From the NCBI RefSeq assembly GCF_000981785.2, contig NZ_CP011304.1, positions 1,860,001 through 1,892,000 on the forward strand: a stretch of DNA of 32,000 nucleotides, given 5' to 3'. Position 1 is the stretch's first letter; the number at the start of each line of letters is the position of its first letter. Below the pieces are notes generated by a model. It saw nothing but the letters and a program-made list of their open reading frames with translations, had not been told where the DNA came from and made no database searches. This document shows positions 7,757-16,614 of the stretch, piece by piece. The stretch is from Microcystis aeruginosa NIES-2549. Lineage in GTDB: Bacteria > Cyanobacteriota > Cyanobacteriia > Cyanobacteriales > Microcystaceae. The position numbers were made by a program, and so were the translations under genes.

Positions 7757-7896
7757 CTTTACTAGGGGATAAGTTTGTACTTGTTAAGAATACATCTGTA
7801 TCCCCTAGTAAATCTTCCCGTTCTTTACTAGGGGATAAGTTTGTACTGGTTAAGGATACATCTGTATTCCCTAGTAAACCTTCCCGTTCTTTACTA
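7757..7896. repeat. 2.1 copies of a 66-bp tandem repeat, each containing an inverted repeat TACTAGGGGA...TCCCCTAGTA
   Basis: Units start at 7757, 7823 and 7889. The third is cut after CTTTACTA, where the IS630-family element begins. Confidence 0.85.
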
Positions 7897-7914
7897 TGGC
7901 ATAGAACGAGTTAG

Positions 7915-8493
7915 TTAGGACAGATGCCTGAAGGCTTTACTCACAGCATCCACAAGGTTTTCACTATCATTGATAATCTGACTAACATAGTTTTTCAATC
8001 TAGCCCAGAACTTTTCAATTTTGTTGAGATCTGGAGAATAGGCGGGTAAAAATAGCACTTCACATCCCGCTTTAGCTAACAATTTTTTGATTCTCTCTTT
8101 GGGATGAAAACTGGCGTTATCAATGATGATAATTTGACCGGGTAGTAGTTCGGGTAATAGCAATTGTTCTATCCACTCACACACCAACTCCGTATTACAG
8201 TACCCCTCAAACACCATTGGCGCGATAGTGGAACCACGCCACCAACCGCTGATCACACTAACTCGTTCGCTACAGTGACCTAACTTTAAAGCCTCAAATC
8301 TTTCTGATTTGTGACAATATCCATAAGGGTAATCGATGGTGTTATCTATTCCAGCTTCATCAATATAGACAAATCTTTCCGGGGCATAACCTCTGATTTT
8401 TTGGAGAAACTCTTTTCGGGCTTCTTCATCTCTTTCTCTGTAGCCATAAGTTTTTTTTTCTAGTAAATCCAATTCTTTTGAGGGCTTGACCAA
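7915..8493 (-). CDS. IS630-family transposase, DDE catalytic part
   Basis: YIDEAGI..., IIIDNASFH and AYSPDLNKIEKFW are the DD(34)E-type motifs of IS630/Tc1-like transposases. Confidence 0.85.
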   Translation of the reverse strand: MVKPSKELDLLEKKTYGYRERDEEARKEFLQKIRGYAPERFVYIDEAGIDNTIDYPYGYCHKSERFEALKLGHCSERVSVISGWWRGSTIAPMVFEGYCNTELVCEWIEQLLLPELLPGQIIIIDNASFHPKERIKKLLAKAGCEVLFLPAYSPDLNKIEKFWARLKNYVSQIINDSENLVDAVSKAFRHLS

Positions 8494-8746
8494 TTCTCAT
8501 CCTACTGACTGGGTTAGCCCATTTTTGCGCCATTTTTTCTTGGGTCAAATGCCCATATTGTTCGGCAAACTTTTGAAAGGCTTCTAAATCGTCAATTTGG
8601 GGCTTCGGCCCTCGACGATAGTTAGTTTTAGCGGCCACCGTCCCAGTTTGTTTCTTCCGTTTCAGCCAGATGTCTAATGTATTACGACTAATATTGAGGG
8701 TGCGACAGACATGGCTTTTTTTCTCCCCTCGCTCTACGGCACTCAC
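8426..8746 (-). CDS. IS630-family transposase, N-terminal HTH part
   Basis: CRTLNISRNTLDIWLKRKKQTG helix-turn-helix. Separated from the DDE part by an A9 run at about 8451-8459; one A fewer would fuse the frames. Confidence 0.8.
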   Translation of the reverse strand: MSAVERGEKKSHVCRTLNISRNTLDIWLKRKKQTGTVAAKTNYRRGPKPQIDDLEAFQKFAEQYGHLTQEKMAQKWANPVSRMRIGQALKRIGFTRKKNLWLQRKR

Positions 8747-8787
8747 TGCTTTCTGTCTTAAATCATCATTATCGCAACCCTAAATTC

Positions 8788-9750
8788 GTGTCAGCCACCG
8801 ATCTAACCAAACGCGAGGATATCGCCCCCCTCGACAACCCGGACGTATTAGCCCAACTGCTTGCGGCCAAGCGTTCGCCCCGGACGCGACACGCTTATGC
8901 GGGGGATTTAAAGGATTTCTTTGTCTTCGCCTTCGGTTGCGAGGAACCGACCCCGGGGGTAACGCAAGAATTCCTCTCCCTCGATCGGTTCGCTGCGCTC
9001 TCTTTGGTACTGCGCTATAAGGCTCACTTGCGGGACGAGCGGGGACTAGCGGAGGCAACGAGAAACCGGCGCTTATCGGCGATCAAGTCCCTGGTGAGAT
9101 TGGCCAATCAACTGGGGCAATGCGATTTCAATCTGTCCGAGCTATCGGGGGACAAGGTGGTGCGTTACCGGGACACCACCGGGGTAAGCAAGGAAGTGTA
9201 CCGCGACCTGTTGGCCGTTCCCGACCGCTCAACTCTCAAGGGGAAACGGGACTACGCCATCCTGCGATTGCTCTGGGATAACGCCCTCCGGCGGGGGGAG
9301 ATCGAGAGTGCGGATATTAAGGATCTCGATACTGAGGGTCGAACGTTGGCCATCTTCGGTAAGGGTCGGGGTCAACAGAAAGAAACCGTCAGTCTGTCGC
9401 GTCCGACCCTCGATGCGCTTGTGGATTGGTTACGGGAGCGGCGGGAACTCGATATCCGTCAACCTCTTTTTATCGCCCTCGATCGCTGTAGTCGCGGTCA
9501 TCGACTGACCGGCTCGGCGATCCATAAATTGGTGGCGAAAATCGCCGCTGCGGCCGGGGTGAACAAGAAAATGTCGCCCCACCGGGTGCGTCATTCGGGA
9601 ATAACCGCCGCTCTCGATGCGACGGGCGGTGACGTGCGGCGGGTGCAGAAATTGAGCCGTCACGCCGATCTCAATACTTTAATGATCTACGATGACAACC
9701 GCAAAAACGTGCAGGGGGAAATCTCCGACCTGTTAGCGGGGTTGGTCTGA
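8788..9750 (+). CDS. tyrosine recombinase / site-specific integrase (XerC/D-like)
   Basis: The C-terminal HRVRHSGITAALDATGGDVRRVQKLSRHADLNTLMIYD contains the H-x-x-R and terminal Y of the R-H-R-Y catalytic set. GTG start; about 58-60% GC. Confidence 0.85.
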   Translation: MSATDLTKREDIAPLDNPDVLAQLLAAKRSPRTRHAYAGDLKDFFVFAFGCEEPTPGVTQEFLSLDRFAALSLVLRYKAHLRDERGLAEATRNRRLSAIKSLVRLANQLGQCDFNLSELSGDKVVRYRDTTGVSKEVYRDLLAVPDRSTLKGKRDYAILRLLWDNALRRGEIESADIKDLDTEGRTLAIFGKGRGQQKETVSLSRPTLDALVDWLRERRELDIRQPLFIALDRCSRGHRLTGSAIHKLVAKIAAAAGVNKKMSPHRVRHSGITAALDATGGDVRRVQKLSRHADLNTLMIYDDNRKNVQGEISDLLAGLV

Positions 9751-9830
9751 GCTTGGAGCAAAGCGCTGGTAGCCATATCTATCCTATAGGGCTGGCAAAA
9801 TTCGCGTAAAATGTAACTAAACGGTGGTTA

Positions 9831-10589
9831 TTGGAAATGGTTATGGAAAAGGAAGCGGTGACGATCCGATTCCCGTCTGAGTTGATGCGGCAGGCCAAGC
9901 GGCTCAAGTCCGGGAAAGAATCGTTTAACGAGCTAGTAGTGGAAGCCGTGGAGCGAGAGGTGAGGCGGCGTAAAGCCCGCTTAAGCTCACGATACCATCC
10001 AGCGATTACGGGAACAAGTGCCGCTAACTGCCCGCTCCTAGCATCGAGCGAGTATCAGGTGCGCCCCCTGGCCGTCCTTGCCCCGCAACAACAACCCACC
10101 GTCTGGAATGAGTCCGTAGCGGAAGCTGGGGGCAGAACACCCGACCACCGAATCGTTCGCGAGACGGTGGGTAAATACCGGGACAAAGGGAAAGCGAATG
10201 TTTTCGAGGTGGGGGAAGTGGTCGGTATCCTTGCCAAAGATAACCCGCGCCTGAAAGGGAAAAACAACTGTTGGGCGATCGTTACTGCCGTTCACCCGCG
10301 CTCCTGCGACCTGCGACTTCACGATGGGGCGATCGATCTGGTTAAAATCGAGTACCTCAAGGAGTTGGGCTACACCGAAGGGGACTGTCAGACGGTGCGG
10401 CGGTTGTGCGAACGCAAAGCGCTCGCTACGCGAGATCGATTGTCGAGACTGAGGGAACGCGAGGACTTGGAAGATGCCGCCCTTGCTTTCTTAGGAATCT
10501 TGGGGAAATTACAGCGACCTTACCTGAGTGCGTTAGAAGAGGAAATGCTGACCATGCTAGAGAAGTATTACGGGGTAGTGACCGATTAA
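9831..10589 (+). CDS. hypothetical protein with an N-terminal ribbon-helix-helix-like segment
   Basis: AVTIRFPSELMRQAKRLKSGKESFNELVVEAVEREV looks RHH/Arc-like. The rest is unrecognised. High GC like the integrase. Confidence 0.5.
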   Translation: MEMVMEKEAVTIRFPSELMRQAKRLKSGKESFNELVVEAVEREVRRRKARLSSRYHPAITGTSAANCPLLASSEYQVRPLAVLAPQQQPTVWNESVAEAGGRTPDHRIVRETVGKYRDKGKANVFEVGEVVGILAKDNPRLKGKNNCWAIVTAVHPRSCDLRLHDGAIDLVKIEYLKELGYTEGDCQTVRRLCERKALATRDRLSRLREREDLEDAALAFLGILGKLQRPYLSALEEEMLTMLEKYYGVVTD

Positions 10590-10804
10590 TTGCCGACCTT
10601 GATGGACTCGAATCGTTGGATCGAGGGTGAGATAACTGTTCACCACGATATGGTGTTTAAAGCGATAACGCTCTTTTATCAGTATGGGGAGATTAGAATT
10701 AAAAAAAAGCTCTGAAAGCGAGAGTTGGTATATGGTTAAGCCTCGACCCGCCGTGCCGACGGCGAAATTTATGTTCTCATCGGTGTCAAGTGAACGCCTG
10801 ATAT

Positions 10805-13800
10805 CTACCCTTGATGAGAACGAACTGTTCTTTGGGAATCCTCCGGACTGTAGCCAACATCACCAAAAAAGCAGAATGAACGAACCAAATTAAAGGTTTC
10901 TAGATCGAATTGAGCTAGGGTTATTCCACTCAGTAGAATTGTCGCGTCATGGTGTAGTCTTCTATATTCCCTTTGTAAGTGGGGAGCATCTTTCTCTTCT
11001 GAAGTATTCAGTAAAGACTCAAGAGTTTTTAACAAAGAATCTAGTAGTTTTAATTTTTGCATTTGTTGCTGCTTTTCTTCCTGTTTTAATCCCTCAAGCT
11101 GACTTTCTAATTCCTCGAACTGAATGTCTAAGTCATCAAATACTTCCCGTATTAAATCAGGATAGTACGCTGATAGAGAAAGAACGGACAAAATAGCTTT
11201 TGTTTGTTCATTACTTTTTAGCCACACTTTGTTTGAGAGAAACTCAATGATTTTGAAAATCTTATAAATGTTGACCAACCGTTTAATCATTCTGGGCGGC
11301 AGATCGGTGTGTCGGCAACATTCTAGCAATATCTTAAACTCTTCAGACTTAAATTTTATTTTCTCTGGAGTCAGGATAGTAACTGACTTATCCCGATCAG
11401 AATCTAATAATTTACCACCAACTTTGTTTTCAGTAAAGTCTGTTTTATTAGATTGGGAATTATCAACGGATATGGTTGAAATATTTTCTGTAGAAACTGC
11501 CACATTACTCGTTTCCTCATCGCTTTCTTCTACTTCCATTTGCTGATGCAAGTAATTGGCTAAAGCTGAGTGAGCAACAGGTCGTATTCGGTAGGGAATT
11601 TGAATAATTTTTTCCAAGTAATCTGTACCAGAAGGTCGCCCTTGATGGAATAGCACTCCGGCATAGTATTTCTCTAAAGCACGAGTGACATAGCGTTCGT
11701 CAATTGCAACTACTGCAATAAATAGAGGAGTTTTAACCAGAAGCTGAACTGCTTCTAAAACTTCAACTACTCGGTCAGGTGGGCAACGATCCAGATCGTC
11801 AATAAAGAGAACAATACGTGCTGGACCTCTTGGAAAAGTTTTTTCTAGCTTGCTAAATTGTTCATCATTATCTTTCATTTTTGGATTATAATGCAGACAA
11901 TTAGTAAGCTCGGCGAGATTGCGCTGCAACTGGTGAAGGTATCCTAGTTTTTTTTCGTATAACTCATTCTTAGAAATATCTTCAAGAAAGGTATTTAGAG
12001 TCGGATAATTACTAACAAGACCAATTTGTTGTTGTAATTGTTCAATTTGGAGTTCATGCCGCTTGATTTTGTTGACCTGCTGTTCAATGTCCCGATCTGA
12101 TTGTAGAATTTCTTGCTGAAGAGTAACCCAAACATCCTTTCCTACTTCAAATTTTTCCTTTGCTTCTCCTGCAATCTGCTTCAAACCAGTAAGAATCTTT
12201 TCCTGTTCTTCTTGAGTTTTCTGTAATAAACTGATTCCTGTCCCTAATGCTGTAATAAATCCTCCTGTTTGTATTAAGGTCGTATATGTAGAAAGGACAT
12301 CACTGAGCTTCTTAGGCAATTGATCTCTTAGTTGATCGGGTAATAGAGGAAAAGCGACAATAGACAATCCCGCCAAAAAGGCCACGAGTGACAACCAATT
12401 TTTTTGTAAAAAATAACTTGGCATCTTCCGAAGAATTAGCCCGCGCAATTTTCGATTTTCTTTTCTTAGTCTTTCCTTTAAATTCTGTAATTCTGATTTC
12501 TCATTTTTACGGATATCACCAATTTTTTCCCACAAGGAACTAGAAAATTCTTGATCTGATTTGCTCTTTTCTAGTTCATTGTAGGTTTGTTCTGAAAAGT
12601 TTGCCAATTCTCTGAGAGAGGCGGTACGATCAAACTCACTCATAGCATTAAGTGCTTTCCAAAATTTACCGCCTTCAAGCTGTGAGCGATTTACCTTTTT
12701 GAGCGATTGTTCAATTTGCTGTTCAAGCGTATATTGACGATTAAATTCATAAAAGATAGTTTGCGTCAAACTGTACCACAGATCTGCTTTTGCATAAGTC
12801 CAGGCATCAAACTTTATCTGATAAATATGTCCTACATAAGGAAAAGCTTCTTCCTCTTTACCCCATGTCTGTTTTTTAGTTAGAGATGCGCTACGAATCT
12901 CGTTCATTCTCTGCTGCATCAGATTCATGATAAAAGATTTTCCGCTTCCCCATCCCCCTAAGATTCCTACAGCCAATGGCGGTTCTAGATCCCGTAAAAG
13001 CAACATATCAGCTAAAGCGTCAGCCTCACTTTTAAGATTAAGGAGATCTTTTCCTTCTGCCAGATCATTCCATAGCTTTTGAGGGCGAACGTTTCTCCCT
13101 GTCAATAGAATTCGATTTCCGATATTTTTTATGAGATTTTTTTGCCAGTTGAATGTGTTTATTAGAGCATCTTCAAGGGTATAGTTGGTGATTAAAATTT
13201 TAATAACGGGATTCAAGCACGACAATAAAGCATCTGTAAGAACACCATGAGTGGAGTTTTCTCCAGCATAATCATAACTAGCAGCAATAAAGCAACGATC
13301 ATATTTTACTTCACTACTTGTTTGGGAAAACAAATCAATAAATAAATTACTGAAATCACTGTCTAGCCAAACAATTTGTTGTTTAACAGGACTTTTTTCA
13401 AGTTGATCGTGTAACCATTTCAGCGAAATACTTCTTGATCGGAGTTCAGATGTATGTTCAGATGAAGATTCGTTTAAAGGATTGGGGAAATCAGTTAGTA
13501 ACAGCTCACCTTTTTGAGTTTCTTTTCCTTCTGCTTCATAGATTTCAGCACCATTACCAGAGAAGTAAAATAGTGCCGTTTCCGTATCTCCATCTTGAGG
13601 ATTAAAAAGTTGCTCTATCAAAAATTTTAATTGATCAGGTTCATAAGGATTTTTATGATCTTTATCTTGTTGTTCAAATTGATTGAGCAATATTTGAACT
13701 TGATCAAACTGACCAATTGTCCGCAGTAATTCTGCGATATCCTCAGCATCTTTCAGAGAATGTTGTGGGCAAGGAATACCCTCTTTGTATTGGTTTACTC

Positions 13801-13825
13801 CAATGACTAATGCTTTTCTTTTCAT
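10805..13825 (-). CDS. caspase-fold (catalytically substituted) domain fused to a KAP-family P-loop NTPase with an inserted transmembrane hairpin
   Basis: N-terminal KALVIGVNQY...FYFSGNG...VWLDSDFS is the Peptidase_C14 layout, but with N where the catalytic His should be and D where the Cys should be. Walker A GILGGWGSGKS. Two hydrophobic helices (WLSLVAFLAGLSIVAFPLL, GGFITALGTGISLL). Walker B IVLFIDDLDRCPPDRVVEVLEAVQLL and YLEKIIQIPY are KAP hallmarks. GC is about 34%. Confidence 0.8.
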   Translation of the reverse strand: MKRKALVIGVNQYKEGIPCPQHSLKDAEDIAELLRTIGQFDQVQILLNQFEQQDKDHKNPYEPDQLKFLIEQLFNPQDGDTETALFYFSGNGAEIYEAEGKETQKGELLLTDFPNPLNESSSEHTSELRSRSISLKWLHDQLEKSPVKQQIVWLDSDFSNLFIDLFSQTSSEVKYDRCFIAASYDYAGENSTHGVLTDALLSCLNPVIKILITNYTLEDALINTFNWQKNLIKNIGNRILLTGRNVRPQKLWNDLAEGKDLLNLKSEADALADMLLLRDLEPPLAVGILGGWGSGKSFIMNLMQQRMNEIRSASLTKKQTWGKEEEAFPYVGHIYQIKFDAWTYAKADLWYSLTQTIFYEFNRQYTLEQQIEQSLKKVNRSQLEGGKFWKALNAMSEFDRTASLRELANFSEQTYNELEKSKSDQEFSSSLWEKIGDIRKNEKSELQNLKERLRKENRKLRGLILRKMPSYFLQKNWLSLVAFLAGLSIVAFPLLPDQLRDQLPKKLSDVLSTYTTLIQTGGFITALGTGISLLQKTQEEQEKILTGLKQIAGEAKEKFEVGKDVWVTLQQEILQSDRDIEQQVNKIKRHELQIEQLQQQIGLVSNYPTLNTFLEDISKNELYEKKLGYLHQLQRNLAELTNCLHYNPKMKDNDEQFSKLEKTFPRGPARIVLFIDDLDRCPPDRVVEVLEAVQLLVKTPLFIAVVAIDERYVTRALEKYYAGVLFHQGRPSGTDYLEKIIQIPYRIRPVAHSALANYLHQQMEVEESDEETSNVAVSTENISTISVDNSQSNKTDFTENKVGGKLLDSDRDKSVTILTPEKIKFKSEEFKILLECCRHTDLPPRMIKRLVNIYKIFKIIEFLSNKVWLKSNEQTKAILSVLSLSAYYPDLIREVFDDLDIQFEELESQLEGLKQEEKQQQMQKLKLLDSLLKTLESLLNTSEEKDAPHLQREYRRLHHDATILLSGITLAQFDLETFNLVRSFCFFGDVGYSPEDSQRTVRSHQG

Positions 13826-13984
13826 GATTTCACCTAGTTTCTGAGTTAAAAAAGTTGAACCTGAAAATTTTATTCGCTTGTAACTGATTTAGATAAAGGA
13901 GCGATTGTCTTCATATCGGGCTTCAGAATTGCGCTCGCATCTTGCCCTCCGAAGGAGCGAGCGCGAGGTTTCAAGGAGACATCC

Positions 13985-16219
13985 TCAATACATCAATTGC
14001 AGCGACCATTTCTCTAGCTTGCCCGTATCCAGACGTTGCAGGTCTTTGACCCGCAGCGACCAGTTGCCTTGAATCGGTTGGCCGATCAAGGCTTCTAGAG
14101 CAGGAGTAGATGTCCGGTCGTAGGTCATCCTCAGATTGTCTTTACTGCCGCCTGAAATATTATGCAGGGTGACACTCTGACCAGAGGGAGCCACAATTTC
14201 CACCAGTAAGTCGCCAATGTAAGTGTGGGGGATGACTACCCCTACAGAGATATCCTTGAGGGTTCCTGACTGGGCAATTGCGATGGCGCTGCTGATTCCT
14301 GTGGGAGTATTGTCGGGAATTGACAGGTTCGGACTCACTTCACCTCGGGCAACTTGCCCCGCTGACTCGTACTCAATTTCGATGTTCCAGCGATTGAGCC
14401 GGCCGATGTCACGGGAGGCCAAATCTCGCACGTTCAAGAGCCAATCTCCCGCAATCAATTCGCCGTTCAAAACCGACAAGGCTGGCGTTGAGCTTGAACT
14501 GTAGGTCTGTTGCCAATCTCGACGAGAGCCACCAGCACGGTCGTGGAGCAGGACTTTCTTGCCAGATGGGGACTGCAACTCCACTTGCAGGTCGCCAATG
14601 TAGGTGTGGGTGATGTCTATGCTGACAGACAGGCTTTTGACTTTACCCGCTTGGCTGATGGCGATCGCACAGCTAATTCCTTCGCGCTTGTTATCGGGAA
14701 TGAGCAGGTCAGCAGTGACCTTTCCCGTCACCACGTTGGAGGGGACTAGCGAACCCACCTTGAGGCGGATCACCTCACCGGGTTCTGAGATATCGGCAAG
14801 AGCCAGCCCTGAATCAGAGCTATCCCAGTCCCGAGTCGAAGGGGTTGTGGCGTAAGACAAGGCCACGCCATCCACTCGTTTAAACAGATCGGTGCTATCT
14901 CCTTGGTTGCGATTGCTTTCGATATCCAGATGCCCGTCTGCTTGAAGCAAACCACATTGGTAGTGGCGCTCGCGGGTTCCCCCCTGCCACTCGTTCGACC
15001 CCAGAGTATCGCAGTGGTAGACCGCTAGTCCGCTATCGGGGAGGTAGGCATCTAAGCCGCGTTGAGTGCGGTTTTCAATGATGAAGTATTCATTGGCGCG
15101 ATCAGTTTCATATTTCATCAGGGTGCCGTAGTCCCCCTGTTTGGACTCATAGACACCGGGAGAGTTCAAGCGGACTTGGCGATCACACCACCCGACCAGA
15201 TCTCGCAAGTAGCCGCAGATGGGGGCAGGGGTGTGGCCGTTGTTGAGGTGGTTGCCAGCGGACATCAGGCAGTAATACCCCATGCCGGCACTCTTCTCAA
15301 AATCGCCATCCCGAGATCCGTAGTCGTATAAGTCTGGGAGGCGGCAGAGAAGATGGCCGCTTTCATGGCAGAAGGTGCCGATGCTCAGGTCAACTCGCTC
15401 GCGGCCTAAGCTCTGGATCGTGTAGTAACGAACTTTGATGCCGTTGTAGATCAGGTTAAGTTCTGAGTTATGGGGCCAGAGGTTGCCTTCATAAACGGTG
15501 CGCCCGGCATACATGAAGCTAAGGGCATCGACGATGCTTTCACCGCAAGAGTCAAATTGAGACAGATTGATCCTCAGTTGGTTGACCACTTTATCGAGGG
15601 CTTCCCGACAGAGGAGGTTCTGGACGTAGTAGCGTTGGTTCTGGCTCAGTTTAATCGGCCCCACCACCACATTGGAGTAGTCCAATTTGCCGTTGGACAT
15701 CAGGTGGTAGTATTCGCGCACCGAGCAGAAGTTGCCGTTTTCTCGATAGTTGGGGGCGTTTAACATCGCCTCCACGTCGGCGGCGGTAACTGCACTGGTG
15801 AGGTCGGCAAATTCAACCAGCACCGTTAAGCCGCGAATGTGTCCCTCACTGACGCGCCGCCCTTCCAGCAGCCCATTGTTAGGTCCGAGAGTCCTGGCCA
15901 CGTTAGCAGCCGCACCAGGTTGTGGCGGTCGCAGGTCGGCATAGCGCCTTTCAAACTTTTCGTTGCGAATAGTTTCCGCTTCTTTCAGTCCCCGCCGGAT
16001 GTCTGAGGGCGGGTGCTTGGAGATGGGAACGCCGCTGGAGGCAAATCGCCCGTTCAGTAAGACGGCATAGCAGTAGAGTCCGCGTTCTGGATCGTAAACG
16101 GCGGTGTAACCGTCCTTGGTTTCATAACGGGCATAGAATTCATCCCCGAAGACGACCAGTTCCACGTCCAGTCCATTGTCTTGTTGGAAGATTACGGTTT
16201 CTCCAAATATGGCACTCAT
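13985..16219 (-). CDS. M6-like (immune inhibitor A-type) zinc metalloprotease with two C-terminal proprotein-convertase P-domains, no signal peptide
   Basis: HExxH in FCHESGHLL. Two repeats of IPDN...GIS.AIAI.Q.G..K..SV...I.HTYIGDL.VE...PSG..V.LH...GG (P/Homo-B-like). AAGGAG lies before the ATG. The N-terminus MSAIFGETVIF is not signal-like. Confidence 0.75.
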   Translation of the reverse strand: MSAIFGETVIFQQDNGLDVELVVFGDEFYARYETKDGYTAVYDPERGLYCYAVLLNGRFASSGVPISKHPPSDIRRGLKEAETIRNEKFERRYADLRPPQPGAAANVARTLGPNNGLLEGRRVSEGHIRGLTVLVEFADLTSAVTAADVEAMLNAPNYRENGNFCSVREYYHLMSNGKLDYSNVVVGPIKLSQNQRYYVQNLLCREALDKVVNQLRINLSQFDSCGESIVDALSFMYAGRTVYEGNLWPHNSELNLIYNGIKVRYYTIQSLGRERVDLSIGTFCHESGHLLCRLPDLYDYGSRDGDFEKSAGMGYYCLMSAGNHLNNGHTPAPICGYLRDLVGWCDRQVRLNSPGVYESKQGDYGTLMKYETDRANEYFIIENRTQRGLDAYLPDSGLAVYHCDTLGSNEWQGGTRERHYQCGLLQADGHLDIESNRNQGDSTDLFKRVDGVALSYATTPSTRDWDSSDSGLALADISEPGEVIRLKVGSLVPSNVVTGKVTADLLIPDNKREGISCAIAISQAGKVKSLSVSIDITHTYIGDLQVELQSPSGKKVLLHDRAGGSRRDWQQTYSSSSTPALSVLNGELIAGDWLLNVRDLASRDIGRLNRWNIEIEYESAGQVARGEVSPNLSIPDNTPTGISSAIAIAQSGTLKDISVGVVIPHTYIGDLLVEIVAPSGQSVTLHNISGGSKDNLRMTYDRTSTPALEALIGQPIQGNWSLRVKDLQRLDTGKLEKWSLQLMY

Positions 16220-16290
16220 AATTTACTCCTTGTGTTGAGTTTAAATTTTCTCGAAAATTCAAAAATCCAAAATCCAAAACGGTATGAGAA

Positions 16291-16614
16291 TCACGTTTGA
16301 GAAGGCAAGTCGGGATCAGACGGTCTCAGTTGGGTATAACGCCGGGCAAATTTCTCGCGTCGGATGGGTTCGGTTTCCTCAAGGTGCGGCTGTAGTCCTG
16401 GCGATGGCGGTGCTGAGATGGGAATGCCACTGGAAGCAAATTCACCCTCGCACAAGATGGCGTAGCCATATTGCCCCAGTTTGTCGTCGTAGATGACGGT
16501 ATAACCGTCCTTGGTTTCGCGACGGGAATAGAACTCGTCACCGAAGACCACTAGCTCGACTTCAGGACCGTTTTCCTGGGGGAAGGTTAAGGTTTCTCCA
16601 AAGATGGCACTCAT
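16291..16614 (-). CDS. stand-alone paralog of the first ~105 residues of the neighbouring metalloprotease
   Basis: MSAIFGETLTFPQENGPEVELVVFGDEFYSRRETKDGYTVIYDDKLGQYGYAIL aligns with residues 1-105 of 13985-16219. The SD CAGGAG favours the ATG at 16614 over the track start at 16656. Confidence 0.7.
   Translation of the reverse strand: MSAIFGETLTFPQENGPEVELVVFGDEFYSRRETKDGYTVIYDDKLGQYGYAILCEGEFASSGIPISAPPSPGLQPHLEETEPIRREKFARRYTQLRPSDPDLPSQT

Larger units (their letters stand above)
7897..8775 (-). mobile_element. IS630-family element, truncated at its transposase-proximal (right) end
   Basis: Two overlapping transposase ORFs. The left boundary sits next to a TA dinucleotide. At the right end the transposase frame is open to about 8770 (GCDNDDLRQKAV...) with no start codon and no matching inverted repeat, at an abrupt GC jump. 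Confidence 0.7.

Noticed and set aside
7693-7914. 73-aa plus-strand ORF with the repeated peptide LLGDKFVLVK.TSV.PSK.SRS.
   Set aside because: The repetition simply mirrors the 66-bp DNA tandem repeat. There is no RBS and the composition is odd.
8780-9058. 92-aa Arg/Pro-rich minus-strand ORF.
   Set aside because: It is antisense to the well-supported integrase gene. This is the typical high-GC shadow frame.
14223-15944. Several 60-100-aa plus-strand ORFs (14223, 14510, 14604, 15062, 15470, 15750).
   Set aside because: All are antisense to the 744-aa metalloprotease ORF and have no motifs.
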